This document shows, in pieces, positions 20,376 to 31,750 of a stretch of 64,000 bases of DNA. This DNA comes from Epithemia pelagica (Eukaryota > Protista > Bacillariophyta). Both the position numbers and the translations under genes were made by a program. The stretch covers positions 3,596,001 to 3,660,000 of the forward strand of contig OX337230.1 of NCBI GenBank assembly GCA_946965045.2. The letters are read 5' to 3'. Position 1 is the first letter of the stretch, and each line of letters starts with the position of its first letter. The notes beneath the pieces were generated by a model that was not told the DNA's origin, searched no databases, and saw only the letters and a program-made list of their open reading frames with translations.

Positions 20376-22082
20376 ATGAGGGACAGTTCAGCTTTTTATT
20401 TATCCTGCATCAATGTTGCTGCTTTGGTAGTTTTCGTTTACCACATGTCACAGATCGAGCAACGTGAACAAGAAAGAGAACAACGTGAGCAAGAACGTGA
20501 ACAAGAAAGAGATGGCGAACGCAAGCTGTTGCTGCATTATTTCCCTTTTATGAGAAAGCCCTGGGACAAGTGTAAGATAAAGGTAGGTCTCGAGGCAAAC
20601 GTTCCCAAGAGACCTCGTAACATCAAGACCAAATCGGCCAAATTCTACTTCGAGAACATGAATGTTCCAGATGGACGTTTCAAATGCCTTGTAACGGGCA
20701 AAATTGGAGTTGGTGATGAAGTGAAACTTGCCCACATCATTCCTCGACGTTCACCCGACCAATTTTTCAAATACATTTGCCTGGATCCCAATGATCGTGA
20801 CCAACCGAGGAATACCATGTTGCTTGCGGACAAACTAGAATCGGCATTCGATAATATGCAGATTTCGTTTTGTGAAACACCGGAATCAATCGAGTGTACT
20901 GAAGCGCGAGAGCGCCAGTACCGAGTCATGGTTTGGGATCAAAACATTCTGAATAAGAGTCTGTGGCCAGGTTCACAGTACACAGTTGAAGACTTTCAAG
21001 GTCATGTGTTCTCTTTTCCACCGGGTAAGGAGCCATTTACGCGCCTACTGAGTTGGCAGGCGCAAGATTCCTATGACAATGCTGTCAAGCTACGATGGGT
21101 ATCTAAAAAAGAATGTAAAAGACCACCTAAATTTGGAACCCCGGTGAGAGAAGTTTTCACAACACCGATTGATAATTGGATTTCCTATGCCCGTGGTGAA
21201 AGTCCACAAGCTGACGAGAAGCAGTTTCGCGGTTGTCAAGAACGGCTTTTTCAAGATGAAGTCTCAACTAGCATCGTTTCAAGTAGTAATATTCCTTCTA
21301 CCCTCTCCTTGACGGACGAAGGAGAGGGGGTGTCCACTGACGACCTGGAAACAAAAAAAACCCACGACAAGGGTGCACAACGGAAACCAGACTCGTCTGT
21401 CGAGGAACTTGGCGTGCCATCACTTGGAAAGGATGAGTGCAGTGAATCAGTGCAGACGAACCGGACAAGCTCCAAACGGTCCATTACCAATTCAAAGCGG
21501 GGCCCTCGTCGAATGCTGCATCATCCACCGCAAGACCTGGAGAACAACAAGCGCGTTCGCAAACTCGATAACGACCAGGAACTGGGGACCAATGGCATGG
21601 AGTCAATCCAACGGCCCGTGAGACCACTGTCATCCTCTCGAGCACTGACACGTCCCAGTGCTAGTACTACTCATCCCAGTCAGAAACATCCTGCGTCCAG
21701 CAATCAATCTGTCGTATCCAAAGGCTCGGTTCGTTCGTCGTCTTCGCCTTCTTCCCAACTGCCGTTTGGCAAAGCCGTCGGCAAACGCAGCACGGTCGAC
21801 GCAGGAGATGAACCCGTCCTGGTGGCGACTGCTCCTCGTAAGAGTAGAAGACCAGCAGCGTCATTGTCATCCAACACTCGAGGACAAGAACTGGTACCGC
21901 CCGTCCACCAAGCACAGGAGCCAGACTTCGAGGAGACCCAGCCCGACCAAGACAACAACAACAATGTCCAGTCCAAACCTCGCACGAGCCGTACCCGGCG
22001 TCGCTTGAAATTTTTCCTTTGTGTATGCTTTTGCGTGGGTGTGGCTCTGACTCTGCTCGTGTTGGTGATTTTTTGGCCATGA
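20376..22082 (+). CDS. HNH-type endonuclease, copy 3
   Basis: Protein identical to copy 1. Confidence 0.8.
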   Translation: MRDSSAFYLSCINVAALVVFVYHMSQIEQREQEREQREQEREQERDGERKLLLHYFPFMRKPWDKCKIKVGLEANVPKRPRNIKTKSAKFYFENMNVPDGRFKCLVTGKIGVGDEVKLAHIIPRRSPDQFFKYICLDPNDRDQPRNTMLLADKLESAFDNMQISFCETPESIECTEARERQYRVMVWDQNILNKSLWPGSQYTVEDFQGHVFSFPPGKEPFTRLLSWQAQDSYDNAVKLRWVSKKECKRPPKFGTPVREVFTTPIDNWISYARGESPQADEKQFRGCQERLFQDEVSTSIVSSSNIPSTLSLTDEGEGVSTDDLETKKTHDKGAQRKPDSSVEELGVPSLGKDECSESVQTNRTSSKRSITNSKRGPRRMLHHPPQDLENNKRVRKLDNDQELGTNGMESIQRPVRPLSSSRALTRPSASTTHPSQKHPASSNQSVVSKGSVRSSSSPSSQLPFGKAVGKRSTVDAGDEPVLVATAPRKSRRPAASLSSNTRGQELVPPVHQAQEPDFEETQPDQDNNNNVQSKPRTSRTRRRLKFFLCVCFCVGVALTLLVLVIFWP

Positions 22083-23381
22083 CGTGGAATTCCCGACCTG
22101 ACAAGCTGGACGAACACTCTATGTGCTGGAATGAATGAATCACAATTTGGGAGAAACACAACACCTGGATAAGAAGACTGCAATTAATGTGAAAGATGAA
22201 AAATTTGGTGCGACGATCCAGGGGGGGGGGGGGGGGTTGAGACTGATTGTTTATTGCCAAGTCATGCAGCCGATGTAGTCAATAGTGTTGAATAATCTTT
22301 ATGTAATGCACATCGACCTTAGTTGGGAAAAATGTACCGCAGACTGTTTATAGGGGAAGTAATCTATTGATGTCTCGGCGAGATACCCAACCGAGCAAGT
22401 TGAGGAAAAAGCGGGTGCAGTCATCATGACTGTTGCCAAAACTGCAGGTTCGACGACTGATTCGCGCAACGACGGACGACTTGTTCAACCAACGAAGAGC
22501 AATTTTGAGTTTTCTTGTTACTCTAGCACGATATTCGCCGATAGAGAGCAAGGCGACAAAGAGCGCCATTGTCGGACGATGGAATGGTATATTCCGTTGT
22601 GTGATCCTTCTGGCTCCTAGAGAAAGTGCAAGTTACCTACGGCGTATGGCTTTGCGGTTGTCGAAATTGCACTGTGGCTCCATCCAAACCAATAGCATTT
22701 TGCAACTCCAGAGAGCTTGCACCAAACACGGTATAGTGATTCGTTTGCTTTGTTGTAACATGGTACACTCTTCACAAGAACTACCTTGCTGGGGACTACC
22801 TGGTAGTAGACTCGTTGTTCCAGAATGGAAATGTGTCCATGTGCAACTCATAATGCTTCAACACCGTGTGGTTGTGGTTTGGATCGTCCTTGTCGTCGTC
22901 GTTGTAGTAGTAGTAGTAGTGGGAACAAAAGAGTGGTACATCCAAGGATGCCACCATGGTATCGGACTGCCACCGGACCCGGTCTCCTCGTAGACCACGT
23001 TTTCAGTCGGACTCATTGTTCAGTCACGAATTCACGCCACTCATTCTTCGGGTCATTCGTCACAACCTTTGTACGCGGTTGATACGACAGGTGAAGCAAC
23101 CTTGATTTTGCACAATGGCAACCGAGCCGCTTCCTGAATATGGCAGAACAATCCCCAACAATTCCATCCTGAGTGGAATGTTGGTGTCGGTCTCACAGTC
23201 CCCCCAACACAGTGTCAGGAAGACTTGAGCCCGGTTGGACGAAAGAGGTGCGCAACAGTACTCTAGCAGAGCGGTTTTTTCTTGTCGAATGGGAACCAAA
23301 ACGGTTTCCAAAAATCAGACGTGTGCAATGAATCGTTTGGCATCTTCGCGTTCTTAATCTTGTCACACAAAAAGAGTAATC

Positions 23382-25088
23382 ATGAGGGACAGTTCAGCTT
23401 TTTATTTATCCTGCATCAATGTTGCTGCTTTGGTAGTTTTCGTTTACCACATGTCACAGATCGAGCAACGTGAACAAGAAAGAGAACAACGTGAGCAAGA
23501 ACGTGAACAAGAAAGAGATGGCGAACGCAAGCTGTTGCTGCATTATTTCCCTTTTATGAGAAAGCCCTGGGACAAGTGTAAGATAAAGGTAGGTCTCGAG
23601 GCAAACGTTCCCAAGAGACCTCGTAACATCAAGACCAAATCGGCCAAATTCTACTTCGAGAACATGAATGTTCCAGATGGACGTTTCAAATGCCTTGTAA
23701 CGGGCAAAATTGGAGTTGGTGATGAAGTGAAACTTGCCCACATCATTCCTCGACGTTCACCCGACCAATTTTTCAAATACATTTGCCTGGATCCCAATGA
23801 TCGTGACCAACCGAGGAATACCATGTTGCTTGCGGACAAACTAGAATTGGCATTCGATAATATGCAGATTTCGTTTTGTGAAACACCGGAATCAATCGAG
23901 TGTACTGAAGCGCGAGAGCGCCAGTACCGAGTCATGGTTTGGGATCAAAACATTCTGAATAAGAGTCTGTGGCCAGGTTCACAGTACACAGTTGAAGACT
24001 TTCAAGGTCATGTGTTCTCTTTTCCACCGGGTAAGGAGCCATTTACGCGCCTACTGAGTTGGCAGGCGCAAGATTCCTATGACAATGCTGTCAAGCTACG
24101 ATGGGTATCTAAAAAAGAATGTAAAAGACCACCTAAATTTGGAACCCCGGTGAGAGAAGTTTTCACAACACCGATTGATAATTGGATTTCCTATGCCCGT
24201 GGTGAAAGTCCACAAGCTGACGAGAAGCAGTTTCGCGGTTGTCAAGAACGGCTTTTTCAAGATGAAGTCTCAACTAGCATCGTTTCAAGTAGTAATATTC
24301 CTTCTACCCTCTCCTTGACGGACGAAGGAGAGGGGGTGTCCACTGACGACCTGGAAACAAAAAAAAACCACGACAAGGGTGCACAACGGAAACCAGACTC
24401 GTCTGTCGAGGAACTTGGCGTGCCATCACTTGGAAAGGATGAGTGCAGTGAATCAGTGCAGACGAACCGGACAAGCTCCAAACGGTCCATTACCAATTCA
24501 AAGCGGGGCCCTCGTCGAATGCTGCATCATCCACCGCAAGACCTGGAGAACAACAAGCGCGTTCGCAAACTCGATAACGACCAGGAACTGGGGACCAATG
24601 GCATGGAGTCAATCCAACGGCCCGTGAGACCACTGTCATCCTCTCGAGCACTGACACGTCCCAGTGCTAGTACTACTCATCCCAGTCAGAAACATCCTGC
24701 GTCCAGCAATCAATCTGTCGTATCCAAAGGCTCGGTTCGTTCGTCGTCTTCGCCTTCTTCCCAACTGCCGTTTGGCAAAGCCGTCGGCAAACGCAGCACG
24801 GTCGACGCAGGAGATGAACCCGTCCTGGTGGCGACTGCTCCTCGTAAGAGTAGAAGACCAGCAGCGTCATTGTCATCCAACACTCGAGGACAAGAACTGG
24901 TACCGCCCGTCCACCAAGCACAGGAGCCAGACTTCGAGGAGACCCAGCCCGACCAAGACAACAACAACAATGTCCAGTCCAAACCTCGCACGAGCCGTAC
25001 CCGGCGTCGCTTGAAATTTTTCCTTTGTGTATGCTTTTGCGTGGGTGTGGCTCTGACTCTGCTCGTGTTGGTGATTTTTTGGCCATGA
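23382..25088 (+). CDS. HNH-type endonuclease, copy 4 (S156L, T329N)
   Basis: Two nonsynonymous SNPs relative to copy 1. Confidence 0.8.
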   Translation: MRDSSAFYLSCINVAALVVFVYHMSQIEQREQEREQREQEREQERDGERKLLLHYFPFMRKPWDKCKIKVGLEANVPKRPRNIKTKSAKFYFENMNVPDGRFKCLVTGKIGVGDEVKLAHIIPRRSPDQFFKYICLDPNDRDQPRNTMLLADKLELAFDNMQISFCETPESIECTEARERQYRVMVWDQNILNKSLWPGSQYTVEDFQGHVFSFPPGKEPFTRLLSWQAQDSYDNAVKLRWVSKKECKRPPKFGTPVREVFTTPIDNWISYARGESPQADEKQFRGCQERLFQDEVSTSIVSSSNIPSTLSLTDEGEGVSTDDLETKKNHDKGAQRKPDSSVEELGVPSLGKDECSESVQTNRTSSKRSITNSKRGPRRMLHHPPQDLENNKRVRKLDNDQELGTNGMESIQRPVRPLSSSRALTRPSASTTHPSQKHPASSNQSVVSKGSVRSSSSPSSQLPFGKAVGKRSTVDAGDEPVLVATAPRKSRRPAASLSSNTRGQELVPPVHQAQEPDFEETQPDQDNNNNVQSKPRTSRTRRRLKFFLCVCFCVGVALTLLVLVIFWP

Positions 25089-26386
25089 CGTGGAATTCCC
25101 GACCTGACAAGCTGGACGAACACTCTATGTGCTGGAATGAATGAATCACAATTTGGGAGAAACACAACACCTGGATAAGAAGACTGCAATTAATGTGAAA
25201 GATGAAAAATTTGGTGCGACGATCCAGGGGGGGGGGGGGGGTTGAGACTGATTGTTTATTGCCAAGTCATGCGGCCGATGTAGTCAATAGTGTTGAATAA
25301 TCTTTATGTAATGCACATCGACCTTAGTTGGGAAAAATGTACCGCAGACTGTTTATAGGGGAAGTAATCTATTGATGTCTCGGCGAGATACCCAACCGAG
25401 CAAGTTGAGGAAAAAGCGGGTGCAGTCGTCATGACTGTTGCCAAAACTGCAGGTTCGACGACTGATTCGCGCAACGACGGACGACTTGTTCAACCAACGA
25501 AGAGCAATTTTGAGTTTTCTTGTTACTCTAGCACGATATTCGCCGATAGAGAGCAAGGCGACAAAGAGCGCCATTGTCGGACGATGGAATGGTATATTCC
25601 GTTGTGTGATCCTTCTGGCTCCTAGAGAAAGTGCAAGTTACCTACGGCGTATGGCTTTGCGGTTGTCGAAATTGCACTGTGGCTCCATCCAAACCAATAG
25701 CATTTTGCAACTCCAGAGAGCTTGCACCAAACACAGTATAGTGATTCGTTTGCTTTGTTGTAACATGGTACACTCTTCACAAGAACTACCTTGCTGGGGA
25801 CTACCTGGTAGTAGACTCGTTGTTCCAGAATGGAAATGTGTCCATGTGCAACTCATAATGCTTCAACACCGTGTGGTTGTGGTTTGGATCGTCCTTGTCG
25901 TCGTCGTTGTAGTAGTAGTAGTAGTGGGAACAAAAGAGTGGTACATCCAAGGATGCCACCATGGTATCGGACTGCCACCGGACCCGGTCTCCTCGTAGAC
26001 CACGTTTTCAGTCGGACTCATTGTTCAGTCACGAATTCACGCCACTCATTCTTCGGGTCATTCGTCACAACCTTTGTACGCGGTTGATACGACAGGTGAA
26101 GCAACCTTGATTTTGCACAATGGCAACCGAGCCGCTTCCTGAATATGGCAGAACAATCCCCAACAATTCCATCCTGAGTGGAATGTTGGTGTCGGTCTCA
26201 CAGTCCCCCCAACACAGTGTCAGGAAGACTTGAGCCCGGTTGGACGAAAGAGGTGCGCAACAGTACTCTAGCAGAGCGGTTTTTTCTTGTCGAATGGGAA
26301 CCAAAACGGTTTCCAAAAATCAGACGTGTGCAATGAATCGTTTGGCATCTTCGCGTTCTTAATCTTGTCACACAAAAAGAGTAATC

Positions 26387-28093
26387 ATGAGGGACAGTTC
26401 AGCTTTTTATTTATCCTGCATCAATGTTGCTGCTTTGGTAGTTTTCGTTTACCACATGTCACAGATCGAGCAACGTGAACAAGAAAGAGAACAACGTGAG
26501 CAAGAACGTGAACAAGAAAGAGATGGCGAACGCAAGCTGTTGCTGCATTATTTCCCTTTTATGAGAAAGCCCTGGGACAAGTGTAAGATAAAGGTAGGTC
26601 TCGAGGCAAACGTTCCCAAGAGACCTCGTAACATCAAGACCAAATCGGCCAAATTCTACTTCGAGAACATGAATGTTCCAGATGGACGTTTCAAATGCCT
26701 TGTAACGGGCAAAATTGGAGTTGGTGATGAAGTGAAACTTGCCCACATCATTCCTCGACGTTCACCCGACCAATTTTTCAAATACATTTGCCTGGATCCC
26801 AATGATCGTGACCAACCGAGGAATACCATGTTGCTTGCGGACAAACTAGAATCGGCATTCGATAATATGCAGATTTCGTTTTGTGAAACACCGGAATCAA
26901 TCGAGTGTACTGAAGCGCGAGAGCGCCAGTACCGAGTCATGGTTTGGGATCAAAACATTCTGAATAAGAGTCTGTGGCCAGGTTCACAGTACACAGTTGA
27001 AGACTTTCAAGGTCATGTGTTCTCTTTTCCACCGGGTAAGGAGCCATTTACGCGCCTACTGAGTTGGCAGGCGCAAGATTCCTATGACAATGCTGTCAAG
27101 CTACGATGGGTATCTAAAAAAGAATGTAAAAGACCACCTAAATTTGGAACCCCGGTGAGAGAAGTTTTCACAACACCGATTGATAATTGGATTTCCTATG
27201 CCCGTGGTGAAAGTCCACAAGCTGACGAGAAGCAGTTTCGCGGTTGTCAAGAACGGCTTTTTCAAGGTGAAGTCTCAACTAGCATCGTTTCAAGTAGTAA
27301 TATTCCTTCTACCCTCTCCTTGACGGACGAAGGAGAGGGGGTGTCCACTGACGACCTGGAAACAAAAAAAACCCACGACAAGGGTGCACAACGGAAACCA
27401 GACTCGTCTGTCGAGGAACTTGGCGTGCCATCACTTGGAAAGGATGAGTGCAGTGAATCAGTGCAGACGAACCGGACAAGCTCCAAACGGTCCATTACCA
27501 ATTCAAAGCGGGGCCCTCGTCGAATGCTGCATCATCCACCGCAAGACCTGGAGAACAACAAGCGCGTTCGCAAACTCGATAACGACCAGGAACTGGGGAC
27601 CAATGGCATGGAGTCAATCCAACGGCCCGTGAGACCACTGTCATCCTCTCGAGCACTGACACGTCCCAGTGCTAGTACTACTCATCCCAGTCAGAAACAT
27701 CCTGCGTCCAGCAATCAATCTGTCGTATCCAAAGGCTCGGTTCGTTCGTCGTCTTCGCCTTCTTCCCAACTGCCGTTTGGCAAAGCCGTCGGCAAACGCA
27801 GCACGGTCGACGCAGGAGATGAACCCGTCCTGGTGGCGACTGCTCCTCGTAAGAGTAGAAGACCAGCAGCGTCATTGTCATCCAACACTCGAGGACAAGA
27901 ACTGGTACCGCCCGTCCACCAAGCACAGGAGCCAGACTTCGAGGAGACCCAGCCCGACCAAGACAACAACAACAATGTCCAGTCCAAACCTCGCACGAGC
28001 CGTACCCGGCGTCGCTTGAAATTTTTCCTTTGTGTATGCTTTTGCGTGGGTGTGGCTCTGACTCTGCTCGTGTTGGTGATTTTTTGGCCATGA
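26387..28093 (+). CDS. HNH-type endonuclease, copy 5 (D294G)
   Basis: One nonsynonymous SNP relative to copy 1. Confidence 0.8.
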   Translation: MRDSSAFYLSCINVAALVVFVYHMSQIEQREQEREQREQEREQERDGERKLLLHYFPFMRKPWDKCKIKVGLEANVPKRPRNIKTKSAKFYFENMNVPDGRFKCLVTGKIGVGDEVKLAHIIPRRSPDQFFKYICLDPNDRDQPRNTMLLADKLESAFDNMQISFCETPESIECTEARERQYRVMVWDQNILNKSLWPGSQYTVEDFQGHVFSFPPGKEPFTRLLSWQAQDSYDNAVKLRWVSKKECKRPPKFGTPVREVFTTPIDNWISYARGESPQADEKQFRGCQERLFQGEVSTSIVSSSNIPSTLSLTDEGEGVSTDDLETKKTHDKGAQRKPDSSVEELGVPSLGKDECSESVQTNRTSSKRSITNSKRGPRRMLHHPPQDLENNKRVRKLDNDQELGTNGMESIQRPVRPLSSSRALTRPSASTTHPSQKHPASSNQSVVSKGSVRSSSSPSSQLPFGKAVGKRSTVDAGDEPVLVATAPRKSRRPAASLSSNTRGQELVPPVHQAQEPDFEETQPDQDNNNNVQSKPRTSRTRRRLKFFLCVCFCVGVALTLLVLVIFWP

Positions 28094-28803
28094 CGTGGAA
28101 TTCCCGACCTGACAAGCTGGACGAACACTCTATGTGCTGGAATGAATGAATCACAATTTGGGAGAAACACAACACCTGGATAAGAAGACTGCAATTAATG
28201 TGAAAGATGAAAAATTTGGTGCGACGATCCAGGGGGGGGGGGGGTTGAGACTGATTGTTTATTGCCAAGTCATGCAGCCGATGTAGTCAATAGTGTTGAA
28301 TAATCTTTATGTAATGCACATCGACCTTAGTTGGGAAAAATGTACCGCAGACTGTTTATAGGGGAAGTAATCTATTGATGTCTCGGCGAGATACCCAACC
28401 GAGCAAGTTGAGGAAAAAGCGGGTGCAGTCGTCATGACTGTTGCCAAAACTGCAGGTTCGACGACTGATTCGCGCAACGACGGACGACTTGTTCAACCAA
28501 CGAAGAGCAATTTTGAGTTTTCTTGTTACTCTAGCACGATATTCGCCGATAGAGAGCAAGGCGACAAAGAGCGCCATTGTCGGACGATGGAATGGTATAT
28601 TCCGTTGTGTGATCCTTCTGGCTCCTAGAGAAAGTGCAAGTTACCTACGGCGTATGGCTTTGCGGTTGTCGAAATTGCACTGTGGCTCCATCCAAACCAA
28701 TAGCATTTTGCAACTCCAGAGAGCTTGCACCAAACACGGTATAGTGATTCGTTTGCTTTGTTGTAACATGGTACACTCTTCACAAGAACTACCTTGCTGG
28801 GGA

Positions 28804-30237
28804 CTACCTGGTAGTAGACTCGTTGTTCCAGAATGGAAATGTGTCCATGTGCAACTCATAATGCTCCAACAACGTCATATTGTTGTGAATTGGATCGTCG
28901 TCGTCGTCGTACAAGTAGAAGTGGGAACAAAAGAGGGGTACATCCAACGATGCCACCATGGTATCGTACGCCGCCTGGACTGCCACCGGACCCGGTTTCA
29001 TGTTCCACGGTCGTACCGGCGGCAAATTTTGAATGGACAAGGACAGAACTTGGCGGCACGGTGGTTGTGTGCGATGATTGCCATTGCCATTATGGTCCCC
29101 AACAATGAGTCTGGAAACCTCCAAGGGTCCCGGTGGTGATGGTTGGTGAGACGACCGAAACGAACCCACCTTGAGATTGACGACACGCTCCAATTTGTTC
29201 GTCTTGTTGTTGCCCTTGTTGCGGCGCGTGGCAGAAAAGGACTCGAGGAGGGCTGGCAAGGCTAGGATACCGGACCGGTCTTGAACGCCACCATCAATCA
29301 AGTAACGAGTCCTGTACGAATGACTGCCATCATTCTGTTCGTCATCATGACTTGCAAAAGAAGTGGGACGCCAACGAACGGGTTGAAACAAGAGCGGAAA
29401 GGTCGCGGACGCCCGAGCGGCTCTTGCCATGTTGCCCGTCGTCAACACCCGAGTCGTACGACTGCGCACACAAAAGGCTGTCACCGCCACGGGAACCAAG
29501 GCATCTTGAAGCTGCAACGAAGATGTGGTGTTTTCAAATTGTCGTTGTTGTTGATCCTGTTCTTGGAGAAGGAACTGGTCCATGAGTTGTTCAAACCACT
29601 TTCCTCGAAAGAGACCTCCCCATCCGGGAAAATCTGCATACTTGTCCAACGTTACGGTAGAACAAAAGTCGGCGGCTTTGCGGGGAGCAATACCGGCCGC
29701 TGTCAAGACAGCCGCCATGGCACCGGCCGAAGCTCCGACCAAACCGTGGACCAACTCCAACAACGACGGTGGTGGATCCAAGGATGACGACTGTTGTTGT
29801 TGTTGTGACAAGTGTTCCTCCCAGGCGGCCAAGACACCAAAATAGCCATAAAATCCAAAGAATGCCGGTGCCATGGCCAAGGAAAATCCATCCTCGTGCT
29901 GCAAAAAGGATCGGAGAGTCACATTCGACAAGGACACAGTGACATTGGTACCACCCTTCGTGGAGTTGTTGTTCCATGCGGCGCCTTGTGGTGCCAGAAT
30001 GTGCGGATGCTTCGTCCAAACGTTGTGGAATGCCGGATCCTGCCATTGCTGTACATTTTGGTCTTGATGATGGTTTCCACGCTTGGTAGGAAACAACAAC
30101 AACAACAAGTGTTGTGTCGTACTTCTGCTACTACTTCTTCCTTTGGCAAACGTCGATCCTCGGTGGACAAACAAAAAGCTGCTGCTACTGCACCCAAATA
30201 AAACCAACCAGATCAACACAAGCGCAAATGGCTTCAT
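28804..30237 (-). CDS. Patatin-like phospholipase with signal peptide
   Basis: GASAG nucleophile, DGG motif, ARAARASATFPLLFQPV, glycine-rich APAFFGFYGYFG and a hydrophobic N-terminus. Confidence 0.88.
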   Translation of the reverse strand: MKPFALVLIWLVLFGCSSSSFLFVHRGSTFAKGRSSSRSTTQHLLLLLFPTKRGNHHQDQNVQQWQDPAFHNVWTKHPHILAPQGAAWNNNSTKGGTNVTVSLSNVTLRSFLQHEDGFSLAMAPAFFGFYGYFGVLAAWEEHLSQQQQQSSSLDPPPSLLELVHGLVGASAGAMAAVLTAAGIAPRKAADFCSTVTLDKYADFPGWGGLFRGKWFEQLMDQFLLQEQDQQQRQFENTTSSLQLQDALVPVAVTAFCVRSRTTRVLTTGNMARAARASATFPLLFQPVRWRPTSFASHDDEQNDGSHSYRTRYLIDGGVQDRSGILALPALLESFSATRRNKGNNKTNKLERVVNLKVGSFRSSHQPSPPGPLEVSRLIVGDHNGNGNHRTQPPCRQVLSLSIQNLPPVRPWNMKPGPVAVQAAYDTMVASLDVPLFCSHFYLYDDDDDPIHNNMTLLEHYELHMDTFPFWNNESTTR

Positions 30238-30739
30238 GCTACAACTGGTTGAGCATCACACTGCATCTAGTACCTAGATCGATCGACCTTTGCTCGAATA
30301 GAGTACAGAAGCGTATTGTAGTCGTTTTGTCGTCATGGTCGACCCAGATGAGGCGAAGAAGTGCGTCAGACGAACCGTGATTCAAATGGGGCATAGAGCA
30401 GTCCTGTATAGAGCTGCTAGAGCGAGTACCTTCTCCTGCAGGGACACCCGGCAAAGTCGACAAGAAACGACAAAAGCGACAAAGTGCTAACACGGCTAAG
30501 ACACGAGATTTCGAAAGTGAATTATCATCTATTATGCATAGCGATGTTCACATACCGTAGTAGCACACTTTCTTCGTCTTACTCCTACCTACTCCTACTC
30601 CTACCTACCTAGAGGTCTTACCTATGTGCTATATGTTCTGTGCCAATAGTCTACTAGGAGTAGGAGTATGTGGTATTTTGCGCGTTCTAATGAGAAATTC
30701 GCAATAAGAGCGACCCAAAGCGACCGAATATGTCAGAAA

Positions 30740-30851
30740 CACGACATTGTCACGACATTCTCACGACATTTAATGTAATTGTCACGACATAGACACGACA
30801 AGTACACGACATAGACACGACAAACACGACAAACACAACATTTTCACGACG
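30740..30851. repeat. Array of CACGACA motifs, mostly at 11-bp spacing
   Basis: Perfect copies at 30740, 30751, 30762, 30783, 30794, 30805, 30816 and 30825; variants at 30834 and 30845. Confidence 0.9.
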
Positions 30852-31750
30852 ATGGTGCACTAGAGCTAGCATTTATAAGTTATCCGTAAGGCCGTTCCTA
30901 TAGCATCGACAAAACCAAACCTGAAGCGTGACACGTCACTAGAAACCCGGAAATATGACGTCAAATCCGGGTTTTCTGTCATTTCAGGTTTTGCAACGAC
31001 AAAAGCTGAGCGCAGGTTTTGTAATTTTTTTAACCCTCCAAACCAATTTTTACCATTAGGGATAATCCGAAATGACATTAGGGATAGTGTTCTATCTATG
31101 CTAGTGTATGTTTTTCCTACAGAAATGACAAATGACGGTTACTATATGCGCGGTGCGCGTTCGACTTCAACGGTCACCCTACTTGTAACCCCAATGAGGC
31201 TACATGAAACATGCGGGCTTGATGTCCTACTTTCAAAACTTTTAGTATTCAACTATTAAAAGTGAATATGGGGACTGTTGGGGGCCTTGGGGGAATGCAG
31301 CGCGGAATCGGGTTTTGGTTTTGCCGGTGCTATAGGACGGCGAAACGCGCCAAAACTGAATTCAGTGATCACATTCCATCTTCTCCTTCTTCTCCTTCTT
31401 AATACGCTGTTTCATCTTCTTCTTCTCTTTCGGGTCAGCTCGAGGTAGAAGACAAACTTCTGACGTCGGATCTCCTGGCGGATACGCTGCCGCAAGATGT
31501 CCGGATGAAATTTGCGATACTGCGGTCGCGAGTTCCAGAAGTCGGATGGACTCAGACTTTCATGAACCTTAATGGGGCATGACATGAAATGTCTTCTGCC
31601 TGTCGGGAAAGTCGCATTTTTGTCGTACTTTGTCGATTTTGCCGGGTGTCCCTGCTGTGCGAGCGGGATCAGCACGACACAACACCACCAAGGCACCGCA
31701 AGCAGCAACAGCAGCAGCCGCACACCGATTGATCGTATATTTCGAGCACA

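Larger units (their letters stand above)
13822..28865 (+). repeat. Head-to-tail tandem array of five ~3.0-kb units (periods 3005, 3008, 3006, 3005, 3003)
   Basis: Units are identical apart from a handful of SNPs and poly-G tracts of 15, 18, 16, 15 and 13 nt, which account exactly for the period differences. Confidence 0.97.

Noticed and set aside
13822-28865. CRISPR array or prokaryotic defence operon
   Set aside because: The units are 3 kb with no repeat-spacer structure and no cas genes, and the context is eukaryotic.
13822-28865. Array as a pure assembly artefact
   Set aside because: Units carry private SNPs, different poly-G lengths and a mechanistically coherent junction. It is not fully excluded without read depth.
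31044-31085. Two TTAGGG hexamers as a telomeric repeat
   Set aside because: There are only two non-adjacent copies (CATTAGGGATA twice), not a tandem tract.
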